Assembly (NCBI GenBank): GCA_963743525.1
Contig: CAVUQH010000004.1
Location: 128,001-192,000, forward strand
DNA from: an uncultured delta proteobacterium
Lineage (GTDB): Bacteria > Myxococcota_A > Polyangia > Haliangiales > Haliangiaceae
Length of the DNA: 64,000 bases
Direction: 5' to 3'
Every line of letters begins with the position of its first letter. Within the stretch, counting starts at the first letter, position 1. Position numbers and translations under genes: made by a program. This document shows positions 48,641 through 59,500 of this stretch, one piece after another. The notes under the pieces were generated by a model that had not been told where the DNA came from, did not search any database, and worked only from the letters and a program-made list of their open reading frames with translations.

Positions 48641-49056
48641 CAGTTGCACCTCGCGCCGTCGAGGATCCAGTTGCGCACCAGCTCGATGTCGGGCTCGGGC
48701 AGCGGCGCGTCGGGCGGCATGCGCCACGGCACGTCGACACCTTCGAGCAGGTGCACCAGCCGCGACCGCTGCGGGTCACCGGGGCGCACGAAGTTGAGCA
48801 GCGGATCGGTCGGCGCCTCGCCGTCGACACACGGCGCGCCGACCAGCCCGGCATAGGCGGCGTCGACGCTGTCCAGGCCGAGCCCGCCGGCGGGGAAGTG
48901 ACCGCTGTGGCAGGTGGCGGTCGCGCAGCTCTGCTGCATGATCGCGCCCTGGATGTACGTGAAGCTGACCGGCCGGTCGTCGGTGGAGTCGGCGCAGCCG
49001 GCGCCGACCAGGATGGCGCCCGCCATCAACGCGGGCATGAGCAATCGGAAAGACAT
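48640..49056 (-). CDS. Cytochrome c-like lipoprotein with CX4CH motif
   Basis: GAGC lipobox; CATATCH, GLGLD, PGDP..S.L, RMPP, WI.DGA. Confidence 0.8.
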   Translation of the reverse strand: MSFRLLMPALMAGAILVGAGCADSTDDRPVSFTYIQGAIMQQSCATATCHSGHFPAGGLGLDSVDAAYAGLVGAPCVDGEAPTDPLLNFVRPGDPQRSRLVHLLEGVDVPWRMPPDAPLPEPDIELVRNWILDGARCN

Positions 49057-49074
49057 CGGATTCCTCACGGCGAG

Positions 49075-49437
49075 TCAGCGCGGCTTGCCGCACTGGTACC
49101 AGGTGTAGACTTGTTCTTCCTGGGCGGCGGTGAGCGCGAAGGCATTGCCCGGCGGCATCGAGCCGTCGGCGATGACACCCTGGGTCAACTTGGTGCGCGG
49201 CGCGGCAGCCTCATAGGTGTCGTAGTTGATCCCGCGCGGCGCACCTTGTCGAGCGGCGCCCGTGAAGCGCGAGTTGTGGCACGCGCTGCACAGCGTGAAC
49301 GCGCCGACCTGATCGTAGGTGGGCACGGTGGCGGTCGAGCAATCGATCACCGGAGGGCTGCCACCCATGCAACCGGAGGCGAGCAGCAGAAAGAGAGGTC
49401 CGACAGCGAGCGGCACGAGCCACGGCGCGATCCGCAT
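49075..49437 (-). CDS. Monoheme c-type cytochrome lipoprotein
   Basis: ASGC lipobox; CSACH, R.GAP.GINYD, MPP. Confidence 0.8.
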   Translation of the reverse strand: MRIAPWLVPLAVGPLFLLLASGCMGGSPPVIDCSTATVPTYDQVGAFTLCSACHNSRFTGAARQGAPRGINYDTYEAAAPRTKLTQGVIADGSMPPGNAFALTAAQEEQVYTWYQCGKPR

Positions 49438-49551
49438 GGGCGCGGTATATCACGGTAAAAGCCCGTCTGAGCCGTTTAACAGTGTGAAAAGATTGTACAG
49501 ATCAACGCTTCCGTGGGCCGGTAACGTGAGATACTCCACCGCTGTAGCGCC

Positions 49552-51879
49552 GTGGTAGCCGTGGGGGAACGCCGATCGCTCCGCAGCGCGCTCGGTCGAG
49601 CGCTGGGCGTGTTCGCCAGCGACGTCGACACCGAGCGCTTCCTGGTGATGGTCCGCAACACGGTCCTCGTCGGGTTCGTGCTGGTCGTCATGTCCGAGCT
49701 GGCGGCCTACGTGTGGCCGCAATTTCCCCGGGATCCGGTCGGCACCAGCATCATGGCCGGTAGCTTCCTGGCCGTCGCCGTGACCTGCATGCTCGGCGGG
49801 TCCCGCGAGCTGGTCGGCACCCTCTCGGTGCTGCTCTTCGGCGTGCTCGGCTGGTACGTCGGGCGGGTGATCGGGGACAGCGGCGGACTGTATTCGCTTC
49901 ACCGTGATGCCATCTACTCGGTGCTGGCGGCCGCCCACGCGCTGCTGCTGTTCTCGGCCATCGAGTTCACCGCGGTCACGCTGCTGTTCTTCGGCACGCT
50001 GGTGACGACGCTGCTCATCACCGCCGAGGTCGAGTCGAGCGACCTGGTGCTGACCGGCTTCTACGTCTTTTCGTTCTACGTGATGGCGATGGTCGGCATC
50101 ACCGCGCGCGCCCGACTGAAGAGATCGGAGAAGCGGGCCCACGAAGAGCTCGAGCGACTGAACCGCAACCTGCGCACCGAGGTCGATGCTCAGGTCGAGC
50201 GCATTCGCCGCGCCGAGGTGCTGGGCCGCTACCTGCCGCCAGAGCTGAGCGAGCAGGTGATGGGCAGCGAGAGCGACGACCAGCTGGCGCACGGGCGGCG
50301 CGAAGTCGCGGTGCTGTGCGCGTCACCGGTCGGCTTCCTCGAGACGCTCACCGGCCTGGCGACCAACGAGGTGGTGCCACTGGTCAACTCGTTCGTGTCG
50401 ACGATGTCGCGCGTGGCGTTCGAGCACGGCGGCGTCATCGAGCGCTTCGTCGGCCCGCGCATTACCGTGCTGTTCGGCAGCCTCGAAGAGGTCGAGCTGG
50501 TGGCGTCGGTGCGCCGCGCCGTGGACATGGCCCGCGACATCCAGCAGTCGTGCAACGTGCTGCTGCGCCAGTGGGAGCACGAAGGTCTGAACATTCGCCT
50601 GCGCATGGCCATCGGCATCGCCGCCGGCCCATCCGTCGTCGGCACCTTCGGCTCCGAGCGTCGCGTCGAATACTCGGCGCTGGGCGAGGCGATGGTCCGT
50701 GCCCACCGCCTGACCGCAACCGCGATCCCCGGCGAGATCAGGCTCGACCGCTCGGCCGCGGCCTGGCTCGAAAGCACCGAGCTCGCCGCCGGCGAAGCGG
50801 TGGAGTTCTCCCCCGGCAAACCGGAGCCGACCTACGTGCTCGACGCCCACCGCGCCGACACCGGCGAGCCCGAGGCCGGTGACACCGCCGCCGACGACGA
50901 TGCCTCGTTGATGACCGCCGCGCTGCTGGCCACCGGTATGGCACCCCACACCGCGGAGCCGGCGTCCGGCACCGATCCCACGATCATTCCGCTGGCCAAC
51001 CCGTCGCCCGGGCGGGCCATGGCGCCGCCACCGCTGCTCGAGCCGGGCAGCCTGTTCGACGGCCGCTATCGCATCGAGCAGCGCATCGGCCGCGGCGGCA
51101 CCGCCACCGTCTACCGCGCGCGCCACGTCGCCCTCGATCAGCCGCGAGCGCTCAAACTGATCCACCCCGAGCAGCTGGCGGCTCCCGGCGCCGTCGAGCA
51201 GTTCCGCCGCGAGGCCGAGGCGACCTCGCGCATCCACCATCCCAACGTCGTCCAGCTGCACGACTTCGGCCGCAGCGTCGAGGGCCACTATTACCTGGCC
51301 CTCGACTTCGTCGACGGCCAGTCGTTGGCGTCCATGCTCGCGCGCGAGGTGACGCTGCCACTTTCGCGGGCGCTGGCCTACGCCCGCGGCATGCTCGAAG
51401 CGCTGCAGGCGGCTCACGAGCTGCGCCTGATCCATCGCGACCTCAAGCCGGGCAACGTGTTGATCGACCAGCACGACGACGTCCGGGTGACCGACTTCGG
51501 CATGGCCCAGCCGCTCCACGCCAGCCGAGGACGCGAAGAGACGATCGCCGGCACGCCGGCGTACATGTCGCCGGAGCAGTGCCAGGGCAGCCCGCTCGAC
51601 GGACGCAGCGATCTGTACAGCTTCGGCGTCTCGCTGTACCAGATGTTGTCCGGCAACCTGCCCTATCGCGATCTGTCGGGCGACCCGTTCACCCTGGCGC
51701 TCAGCCGCGACCGCGTGCCGCTCGCCGAGCGCAAGCCGGAGCTGCCGCAGGCGATCTGCGAGCTGGTCGAGCGCTGCCTGGCGCTGCAACCGGCCGACCG
51801 ACCGTCGTCGGCGCTGGCCATCCTGCGCATGCTCGACGTCAACGCACTGACCACCGACACCGCGCGCCGCTCGAGCTAG
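49552..51879 (+). CDS. Multi-TM sensor, degenerate class III nucleotidyl cyclase and C-terminal Ser/Thr kinase
   Basis: About 6 TM helices, RYLP, cyclase fold (IGIAAG.SVVGTFGSERRVEY), kinase GRGGTA/ALK/HRDLKPGN/DFG. Confidence 0.88.
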   Translation: MVAVGERRSLRSALGRALGVFASDVDTERFLVMVRNTVLVGFVLVVMSELAAYVWPQFPRDPVGTSIMAGSFLAVAVTCMLGGSRELVGTLSVLLFGVLGWYVGRVIGDSGGLYSLHRDAIYSVLAAAHALLLFSAIEFTAVTLLFFGTLVTTLLITAEVESSDLVLTGFYVFSFYVMAMVGITARARLKRSEKRAHEELERLNRNLRTEVDAQVERIRRAEVLGRYLPPELSEQVMGSESDDQLAHGRREVAVLCASPVGFLETLTGLATNEVVPLVNSFVSTMSRVAFEHGGVIERFVGPRITVLFGSLEEVELVASVRRAVDMARDIQQSCNVLLRQWEHEGLNIRLRMAIGIAAGPSVVGTFGSERRVEYSALGEAMVRAHRLTATAIPGEIRLDRSAAAWLESTELAAGEAVEFSPGKPEPTYVLDAHRADTGEPEAGDTAADDDASLMTAALLATGMAPHTAEPASGTDPTIIPLANPSPGRAMAPPPLLEPGSLFDGRYRIEQRIGRGGTATVYRARHVALDQPRALKLIHPEQLAAPGAVEQFRREAEATSRIHHPNVVQLHDFGRSVEGHYYLALDFVDGQSLASMLAREVTLPLSRALAYARGMLEALQAAHELRLIHRDLKPGNVLIDQHDDVRVTDFGMAQPLHASRGREETIAGTPAYMSPEQCQGSPLDGRSDLYSFGVSLYQMLSGNLPYRDLSGDPFTLALSRDRVPLAERKPELPQAICELVERCLALQPADRPSSALAILRMLDVNALTTDTARRSS

Positions 51880-52952
51880 CGCCGGGCTTCGATCTTCTCC
51901 ACCTGTTGCCAGGCGAGGTCGGCGATCGGCCGCGCCGCCTGGCCCATGGCCGCGGCCTGGGCGCTGGCAGCGGTGCCCTCCTTCACCCGGCCGAGGATGC
52001 CGTGGAGGATCGCCGCCAGGCGGAACATGTTGTAGGCCATGTAGAAGTCCCAGTGATCCGGATCGATCGGATCGCGACCGGTGCGCTTGCAGTAGTTGGC
52101 CACGTGGTCGGCCTCGGACGGGATGCCCAGCGCCAGCAGGTCGGCGCCGCCGAGGCCGCGGAATACCCCGGCCGGGATGTGCCAGGTCATGCAGTGGTAG
52201 GCCAGATCGCCCAGCGGGTGACCCAGCGTCGACAGCTCCCAGTCGAGCACCGCCAGGATGCGCGGCTCGGTGGGGTGGAAGATCAGATTGTCCAGCCGAT
52301 AGTCGCCATGGACGATCGAGGTCTCCTCGCCGGGCGGAATGTGCTCGGGCAGCCAGCCGACCAGACGATCCATCGACTCGATCGAGCCCGCCGGCGACGC
52401 CTGGTACTGGCCGGTCCAGCGGCGAATCTGCCGGGCGAAGTAGTTGCCCGGCTTGCCGTAGTCGCCCAGCCCGACCGCCGCGTAGTCGACCTGGTGGAGG
52501 GCGGCGATGACCCGATTCATCTCGCCGAAGATCGCCGCCCGCTCATCGGGCTGGAAGCCCGGCAAGGTCGGGTCCCACAGCACGCGCCCGGCCACGTACT
52601 CCATGACGAAGAACGGCGTGCCGATGACCTCGGCGTCCTCGCACAGGCAGTAGGTGCGCGCGACCGGCACGTCGGTATCGCCCAGCGCGGTCAGCACCCG
52701 ATACTCGCGGTCGACCGCGTGCGCCGACGCCAACAGCTTGCCCGGCGGTTTGCGCCGCAGGACGTACGCGCCACCGCCCGCGCGCAACAGATAGGTCGGG
52801 TTCGATTGCCCGCCCTTGAACTGCTCGACGGTCAGCGCCGCCGGGTCGGCGGGGAAGCCGGCGATCTGCCGGGCCAGGTAGGAAGACAGGCGAGTGGTGT
52901 CGAACTTGTGCTTTTCCGCGACCGGTCGCGTACCGGTGAAGTCGGCGCTCAT
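51876..52952 (-). CDS. APH-family phosphotransferase (ACAD10/11 N-terminal-like)
   Basis: QFKGGQSNPTY, LRRKPPG.LL.SAHA, HGDYRLDN, LDWELSTLG. Confidence 0.93.
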   Translation of the reverse strand: MSADFTGTRPVAEKHKFDTTRLSSYLARQIAGFPADPAALTVEQFKGGQSNPTYLLRAGGGAYVLRRKPPGKLLASAHAVDREYRVLTALGDTDVPVARTYCLCEDAEVIGTPFFVMEYVAGRVLWDPTLPGFQPDERAAIFGEMNRVIAALHQVDYAAVGLGDYGKPGNYFARQIRRWTGQYQASPAGSIESMDRLVGWLPEHIPPGEETSIVHGDYRLDNLIFHPTEPRILAVLDWELSTLGHPLGDLAYHCMTWHIPAGVFRGLGGADLLALGIPSEADHVANYCKRTGRDPIDPDHWDFYMAYNMFRLAAILHGILGRVKEGTAASAQAAAMGQAARPIADLAWQQVEKIEARR

Positions 52953-54196
52953 CGCCCGCTTTCTCGCTTCGGCAACCCACCGTGCTTGAGCAGCTCGATG
53001 CGGGCGATGACCCCGCGGTGCACGGCGTCGGGACCGTCGGCCAGGCGCAGCGCGCGCGCCATGGCGAACAGGCCGGTCAGCGGCACGTCGTACGACACGC
53101 CGGCGCCACCGTGCATCTGGATCGACTCGTCGACCACCCGCTGCAGGACGTTGGGCGCCACCACCTTGATCGCGGAGATCTCGGTCATCGCCCCCATCGC
53201 GCCGACCGCGCCCAGCTTCCACGCCGCGTACAGTGTCAGCAGCCGCGCCTGATCGATGGCGATGCGCAGGTCCGCGATCCGCTCGCGGTTGCCGCCGAGG
53301 TTGACCAGCGGCTTGCCGAAGGCGGTGCGCGCGATGCCGCGCTGGATCAGCAACGCCAGCGCGTACTCGGAGGCGCCGATGCAGCGCATGCAGTGGTGGA
53401 TGCGCCCCGGCCCCAGGCGTCCCTGGGCGATTTCGAAGCCGGCGCCGAGCCCCTTGATCAGGTTGGCCCGCGGCACCCGCACCTTGTCGAACACCACCTC
53501 GCCGTGTCCGTACGGCTCGTCGTACTCGCCGAACACCGGCAGCATCCGCTCGATGCGCACGCCGTCGGCATCCAGCGGCACCAGCACCATGCTGTGGCGA
53601 TGGTGGCGATCGTTGTCCGGGTTGGACACGCCCATGAAGATGGCCACCCGCGCGTTGGGATGGCCGATGCCGGACGACCACCACTTGCGGCCGTCGAGCA
53701 CCAGCTCGTCGCCGTCTTCGGTGATGGTCGCCTGCATGTTGGTGGCGTCGCTGGAGGCGACCTCCGGCTCGGTCATGCAGAAGACCGAGCGAATCTCGCC
53801 GCGCAGCAGCGGCGCCAGCCACTGCGCCTTCTGCTCGGCGCTGCCGTAGTGGTACAGCACCTCCATGTTGCCGGTGTCGGGGGCGTTGCAGTTGAACACC
53901 TCGGGCGCCAACAAGCTGGTGCCGGTCTCCTCGGCGATCGGCGCGTACTCCAGCGGGCTGAGCCCGGCGCCGAGCTCCGGATCCGGCAGGAAGAAGTTCC
54001 ACAGCCCCGCGGCCCGCGCCTTTTGCTTGAGCGCCTCGACCTCCGGGTTGACCGTCCACGTGGTCCAGTCGGCGCCGCGGTTGTCCGCGCGCAGCTTGCG
54101 CACGTAGCGCTCTTCGACCGGCCGAATCTCGTCGGCGATGAACGTGCGGACGCGGCGCGTAAATTCTGCCGTGCGTGCGCTGGGCTCGAAGTCCAT
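52949..54196 (-). CDS. Acyl-CoA dehydrogenase (ACAD10/11-like)
   Basis: NCNAPDTGNME, MTEP.VASSDATN, QGRLGPGRIHHCMR, LRLADGPD. Confidence 0.95.
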   Translation of the reverse strand: MDFEPSARTAEFTRRVRTFIADEIRPVEERYVRKLRADNRGADWTTWTVNPEVEALKQKARAAGLWNFFLPDPELGAGLSPLEYAPIAEETGTSLLAPEVFNCNAPDTGNMEVLYHYGSAEQKAQWLAPLLRGEIRSVFCMTEPEVASSDATNMQATITEDGDELVLDGRKWWSSGIGHPNARVAIFMGVSNPDNDRHHRHSMVLVPLDADGVRIERMLPVFGEYDEPYGHGEVVFDKVRVPRANLIKGLGAGFEIAQGRLGPGRIHHCMRCIGASEYALALLIQRGIARTAFGKPLVNLGGNRERIADLRIAIDQARLLTLYAAWKLGAVGAMGAMTEISAIKVVAPNVLQRVVDESIQMHGGAGVSYDVPLTGLFAMARALRLADGPDAVHRGVIARIELLKHGGLPKRESGR

Positions 54197-54306
54197 GGGC
54201 TCCTCCTCGCGGCTTCGCCGCCGTCATACCACGACTCCGTTCGGGCGCGGCGCGGAACAGCGTTTGCATTTCGTCGAGGTCGCTCGCTCGCGAAAGGAGC
54301 AACAAG

Positions 54307-54939
54307 ATGCCGACCTCCGCCGAGATTCTCGCGGGTCTCACGCAGATCGCCAACGACGCCTTCGCGCTCGCCATTGTCTGGCATGGCGCAATCCTTGCGG
54401 CCGCCGTTGCATGGTTGCTCGGCTGGCGGCCCTCGCGTCGCCTGGTCGGGGGGCTGATCGCGCTGCCGCTGGCCTCGGTCGCAGCGCTGGCGTTCGCCTA
54501 CGGCAACCCGTTCAACGGAGCCGTGTTCAGCGCACTCGCGCTGGCGTTGGTGGCGCTGGCGCTTCGCCTCGACGCGACCCCCGTCCACGCCCCCGGACCG
54601 TGGGCAACGGGCGCCGGCCTTGCGATGATCCTGTTCGGCTGGGTGTACCCGCACTTCCTCGTCGGCCACGGCACGCTCGCGTATCTCTACGGAGCGCCGA
54701 CGGGGCTGGTCCCCTGCCCGACATTGTCGCTGGCGATCGGCGTCGCGCTGATCACAGGTGGAGTTGGCAGTCGCGCCTGGTCGCTGACACTGGCCGGCGG
54801 CGGGCTGCTCTACGGGCTGTTCGGTGCAGCGCGGCTGGGCGTGCTCCTGGACGTGGGGCTGCTGGCCGGTAGCGCGGCGTTGATCGCGCTCGTCGTGGCG
54901 AGCACGTCCCAGCAGGCGGTGATACCCTCGCGGAGGTGA
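54307..54939 (+). CDS. Integral membrane protein
   Basis: Multiple TM helices with NPFNG, YPHF, PCPT motifs; AAGGAG RBS; sigma54-like motif at 54253-54268. Confidence 0.8.
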   Translation: MPTSAEILAGLTQIANDAFALAIVWHGAILAAAVAWLLGWRPSRRLVGGLIALPLASVAALAFAYGNPFNGAVFSALALALVALALRLDATPVHAPGPWATGAGLAMILFGWVYPHFLVGHGTLAYLYGAPTGLVPCPTLSLAIGVALITGGVGSRAWSLTLAGGGLLYGLFGAARLGVLLDVGLLAGSAALIALVVASTSQQAVIPSRR

Positions 54940-55577
54940 ACCGCCATCTCATTCGCGGAGCTCTGGTGCTGGCGCTGGCGATGCCCGCGTGCAGCAAGAA
55001 GTCGGACGAGAAGGTCACGCCCGGCGAAGCACCCGCACCAACGCAGGCGGCACCATCGACCGCCGAGAGGTCGATGATGCCCGCGTCCAGCGCGCCGGCC
55101 CCGGCCGGCACCTTCGACGCGTCGGCCTTCTGCAAACAGGTCTTCCCCGCCGACGACATCTCGCAACTCGTCGGCGTCGCCGGGCTCGAAGCCGACGAGA
55201 AGCGCCCGCCCGCGCCCGCCGGAATGGCCCGGTGCAAGCTGGAGAAGGACGACCCGACCAGTCACATGCCGGTGGCGATGGCGCTGCTCATGGTCGACTG
55301 CGGGCCCGCACACCTGGACGTGGCCAAGCACCGCGCGGTGGCCAAGGCGATGGGCAGCACGAAGGACGGGCTCTACCGCGAGCTCGACATGGGCAAGGGC
55401 GGTGCCTACAGCAAGACGATGGTGCTGAAGAAGCCGTCGTACACGGTGACCTTCGTCAACGACAAGATTCCCTGCGCGATCACCGTGTCGACCTCGTTCA
55501 TCGACGCCGACCACGCCGAAGAGCTGGCCCACGCCGTCTACGACCGGGTCACCGACCAGAACTACCCGCGGCCGTGA
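54936..55577 (+). CDS. Hypothetical lipoprotein
   Basis: Hydrophobic signal ending MPAC, Pro/Ala linker, several Cys. Confidence 0.7.
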   Translation: MNRHLIRGALVLALAMPACSKKSDEKVTPGEAPAPTQAAPSTAERSMMPASSAPAPAGTFDASAFCKQVFPADDISQLVGVAGLEADEKRPPAPAGMARCKLEKDDPTSHMPVAMALLMVDCGPAHLDVAKHRAVAKAMGSTKDGLYRELDMGKGGAYSKTMVLKKPSYTVTFVNDKIPCAITVSTSFIDADHAEELAHAVYDRVTDQNYPRP

Positions 55578-55580
55578 CCC

Positions 55581-55793
55581 GTGGACGGTGACCTGCCCGA
55601 CGCGCGGGACGGCCTGACCTATCTGGAACGGGTCATCTTGTGGCAGCTGCGCGAGGCCGAGCGCGAGCGCGGCGGCGCCTCGGTGCCGACGGCCATGCTC
55701 TACGGCCGCGTCGTCGAGCACGTCAACGTGAGCGTCGCCGACTTCCAGGCGGTGCTCCAGCGCCTGGTCACCGGGCAGCGCCCGGGGCGCTAA
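55581..55793 (+). CDS. Small hypothetical protein (winged-helix-like)
   Basis: 'DGLTYLERVILWQL...VPTAMLYGRVVE'; operonic position. Confidence 0.6.
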   Translation: MDGDLPDARDGLTYLERVILWQLREAERERGGASVPTAMLYGRVVEHVNVSVADFQAVLQRLVTGQRPGR

Positions 55794-55900
55794 CTTTTCG
55801 CCGGCCGCCGACAGGGTCGCACCGGCTTCGCATCCTGGCCCGACAAGCGGGGAAAAATGCCGGTCTGGCGGTGGGTACGGCTGATGCAAGCCCCTGGGAC

Positions 55901-56536
55901 ATGACCACCACCCTCCTGCACATTGCCGCCAGCCCCATGGGCGCGGCGTCGACCTCTCGCAAGGTCGCCACCGCGTTGCTCGAGTCGTACGCCGCGGCGC
56001 ACCCGCGCGACGAGATCGCAACCCTGGATCTGTGGAGGGTCGATCTGCCCGAGCTCGACTCCACCTTCGTCGCCGCGCAGAACAAGGTCCTCTCCGGCGC
56101 CGAGCAGACGCCGGCCGAGCGCGAGGTGTGGGATCGGGTCGTCTCCGCCGCCGAGGCCCTGAAGTCTGCCGACAAGGTGCTGCTGTCCTGTCCGATGTGG
56201 AACTTCAACATCCCGTACCGGCTCAAGCACTGGTTCGACGTCATCCTCCAGCCCGGCCTGACCTTCGCCTGGACTCCCGAGGAAGGCTATCGCGGTCTCG
56301 TTACCGGCCGCCCGGCCCAGCTGGTGCTGTCGCGCGCGGGTCAGTACACGCCACCGGCGCCGGCGGCGTGGATGGATCACCAGACCGGCTACCTCGAGTT
56401 CCTGTTCCGCTTCATGGGCTTCACCGACATCCACACACTGGCGGTCGAGCCCACCCTGCTGCAGGGCCCCGAGCGGGCCGCCCGCGGCGTTCACAACGCA
56501 ACAGCTGCCGCGCGGGAGGCCGGCCGAGCGCTGTAG
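55901..56536 (+). CDS. azoR: FMN-dependent NADH-azoreductase
   Basis: LLHIAASP.G..S.S, PMWNFNIP..LK.WFD, G.TF, SRAG.Y. Confidence 0.92.
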   Translation: MTTTLLHIAASPMGAASTSRKVATALLESYAAAHPRDEIATLDLWRVDLPELDSTFVAAQNKVLSGAEQTPAEREVWDRVVSAAEALKSADKVLLSCPMWNFNIPYRLKHWFDVILQPGLTFAWTPEEGYRGLVTGRPAQLVLSRAGQYTPPAPAAWMDHQTGYLEFLFRFMGFTDIHTLAVEPTLLQGPERAARGVHNATAAAREAGRAL

Positions 56537-56570
56537 CCACCCGCCGCGTCCGCTCGCGTATACTGGACCG

Positions 56571-59500
56571 ATGGGGGCCGGACGACGTCCGGGTGGCGTG
56601 CCCTCCGGACGAGATTTCACCCCGGGGAGCGGCCGCTTCGAGATTCAGACGCTGCTCGGCAGCGGCGCCAACGGCTCGGTATACGCCGCGTTCGATCGGG
56701 CGCGGGGATCGACGGTCGCCCTCAAGACGCTCGACCGCGAGGACCCGGCCGGGTTGCTCGCGTTCAAGCGCGAATTTCGCGAGCTGGCCGGAGTGCGCCA
56801 CCCGCACCTGGTCACCCTGTACGAGCTCGTCGCCGCCGAGGATCAGTGGTTCTTCACCATGGAGATGGTGCGCGGCGTTGACTTCGCGACCCACATCCGG
56901 CCGCGGGCGGCGACCGACGCCCCCGGACGCACGCCGGGGCCACGCCGGGCCGACGCCGACGACCCGACCGCGACACTCGACGGCGACACCCGCGACCTCG
57001 TCGGCCGCCTCGCCGTCCAGGGAGCGTCACCCCTCGACGACGCCGGGCAGGCACGCCTGCGGCCGGCGCTGATCCAGCTCGCCGAAGGGATCACGGCCCT
57101 CCACCGTGCCGGCATCCTGCACCGCGACCTCAAACCGAGCAACATCATGGTCGAGGACGGTGGCCGCGTGGTCATCCTCGACTTCGGGTTGGCGCTGCCG
57201 CTGGACGGCGATCGCCGTCCCGAACATCTGGCGGGCACACCGCCATACATGGCTCCCGAACAGGTGGCGCTCGAGCCGATCACCGAGGCCAGCGACTGGT
57301 ACGCCTTCGGCGCCATCCTCTACCAGACGCTCACCGGCAAGGTGCCGCTGGCAGATCTCGGCCGGTCGATGCTGCTCGAGTACAAGCAACGCAACGACGT
57401 GCAGGCTCCCAGCACCGTGGTCGACGTTCCCCGCGACCTCGACGAGCTGTGCGCCGCCCTGCTCCGTCGCGATCCGGCGGCACGCCCGCGCGGCGACGAG
57501 GTCCTCGCTGCTCTGCGCGGCGCGACGCCCACGCAGCCGACCGCGCGACACGACCGCGACGAGCTGCCGTTCATCGGTCGGGCGCAAGAGCTCGCCCAAC
57601 TGGTTGACGCAGCCACTGGTTCGCGACCACGCCGGCCGACAGCCGCGTGGATCGTCGGCCCGTCGGGCATCGGCAAATCGCGACTGGTCGCCCAGGCAGT
57701 GAGCGAAATCAGCGCACGCGATGCCGACGCGCTCGTGCTCACCGGCCGCTGCTACGAGCAAGAGTCGCTGCCGTACAAGGGCATCGACGGCGTCGTCGAC
57801 GTGCTCAGCGGCGTGCTCGCCAGGCTACCCGACGACCAGCTGCGCGCCTTGCTGCCCGACGGAGTTGACGCCGTCGCTCGTCTGTTTCCCGTGCTCGCGC
57901 GCCTGTCCCCCTCGCTGTCGCCGCCCGCGACTGCGGCGCCCCCGGACGACGTCGAGCTGCGCCGGCGCGGCTTTGCCTGCCTGCGCGAGCTGCTCAGGCG
58001 CCTCGCGGCGACCCGAACCGTGGTGATGACCATCGACGACCTGCAGTGGGGCGACCGCGATAGCGGCGCCCTGCTGCTCGAGCTCCTGCGACCGCCCGAT
58101 GCGCCCGGGCTCCTGCTCATCGCCACCCTGCGCGACGACGGCGACAGCTCGCTGCTCAGCTGGTTGCGCCCGCGCATCGAGGCGCTGACCGGCGTCGACG
58201 TCACCGAGCTGCGGCTGGCGCCACTCGACGACGGCGACGCGCGCGCCCTGGCGCGCCAGCTCCTCGGCGACGATGAGCGAGCGGAGCGAATCGCCGCCGA
58301 GGCCCAGGGCAATCCGTTCTTCGTCCGCGAGCTCGCGCTGCACCAGGCCGGCGGCACGGCGGGACGACCATCCCTGGCCACGGTCATCTTCGACCGCTTC
58401 GCCGCACTGACTCCGCCGGCGCAGCGGCTCGTCGAGGCGATTGCCCTGGGCGGCCCGGTCCCGCTGCAGGTGGCGTTCGCGGCCGCCGGCGTCGGCGAGT
58501 CCGGTGCCGCCGCGCTGGCGGAGCTGCGCGCAGCTCGGCTGGTGCGCCAGCGGCAGACCACTGGCGACCAGCTGATCGAGGCCTATCACGACCGGATCCG
58601 CACCGGCGTCGAGAGCATCCTCGACGAGGACGAGCGTGCGGATCGCCACCGCCGATTGGCCGAGGCACTCGAGACGCTGGCCGTCAACGACCCGGAACGT
58701 CTGGCCCGGCACTACCTCGGCGCCGGCGACGATCAGCGCGCGGCCGGCCACGTCCTGCGCGCCGCCCGCCGCGCCAGCGACGCTCTCGCCTTCGAACGCG
58801 CGGCCGAGCTCTATCACGTGGCGCTCGCGGTCGGCAGCTGGTCGACCGCCGAGACCAGCGCGCTGGAGGCCGACCGCGGCGCGGCCCTGGCCAGCGCCGG
58901 CCACGGTCCGACGGCGGCGGACGCGTTTCTCGCCGCCGCCGCCGGCACCGGTGACGAGCGCGCGCTCGAGCTGCGCCAGCGCGCCGCCGAACAGCTGCTC
59001 CTCAGCGGCCGCATCGATCGAGGGCTCGACGTGTTCCAGTCGGTGCTCGGCCACTTCGGCGACCGGCTACCACGCACCCGCCGCGGCGCCATGTTCCGCC
59101 TGGTCCGCGAGGTTGCCCGACTGCGTCTGCGCGGCCTGCGCCACCGCGAGCGCGAAGCCGGCGACCTGCCCGCCGACACGCTGCGACGGATCGACCTGTA
59201 CTGGGCCGTCGGCCACGGCCTGGCCGGCGTCTCCCCGGTGACCTCGCTCGACTTCGTCACCCGGGCGGCGCGGCTGGCGCTGGACGCCGGCGAACCGGCG
59301 CGGGTCGCCGCGACCGTGGCGCTGCAAACCTGTCTCATCTCGTCGGTGTCGCGCCGCGACGTCGACGGGCCGCTGACCTTCGCCGCAGCGGCCGCCGAGC
59401 GATCGGGCAACACCTACGCGCGCATCATCGCCGAGGGAGTGCGCGGACCGGTGGCCTACTTTCGAGGCGATTTCCCGGCGACCGTCGCCATCTGCGACCG

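Noticed and set aside
49483..49505. CRP/FNR box upstream of the cytochrome operon
   Set aside because: Only half-sites (TGTGA, ATCAA) with no matching partner at the right spacing.
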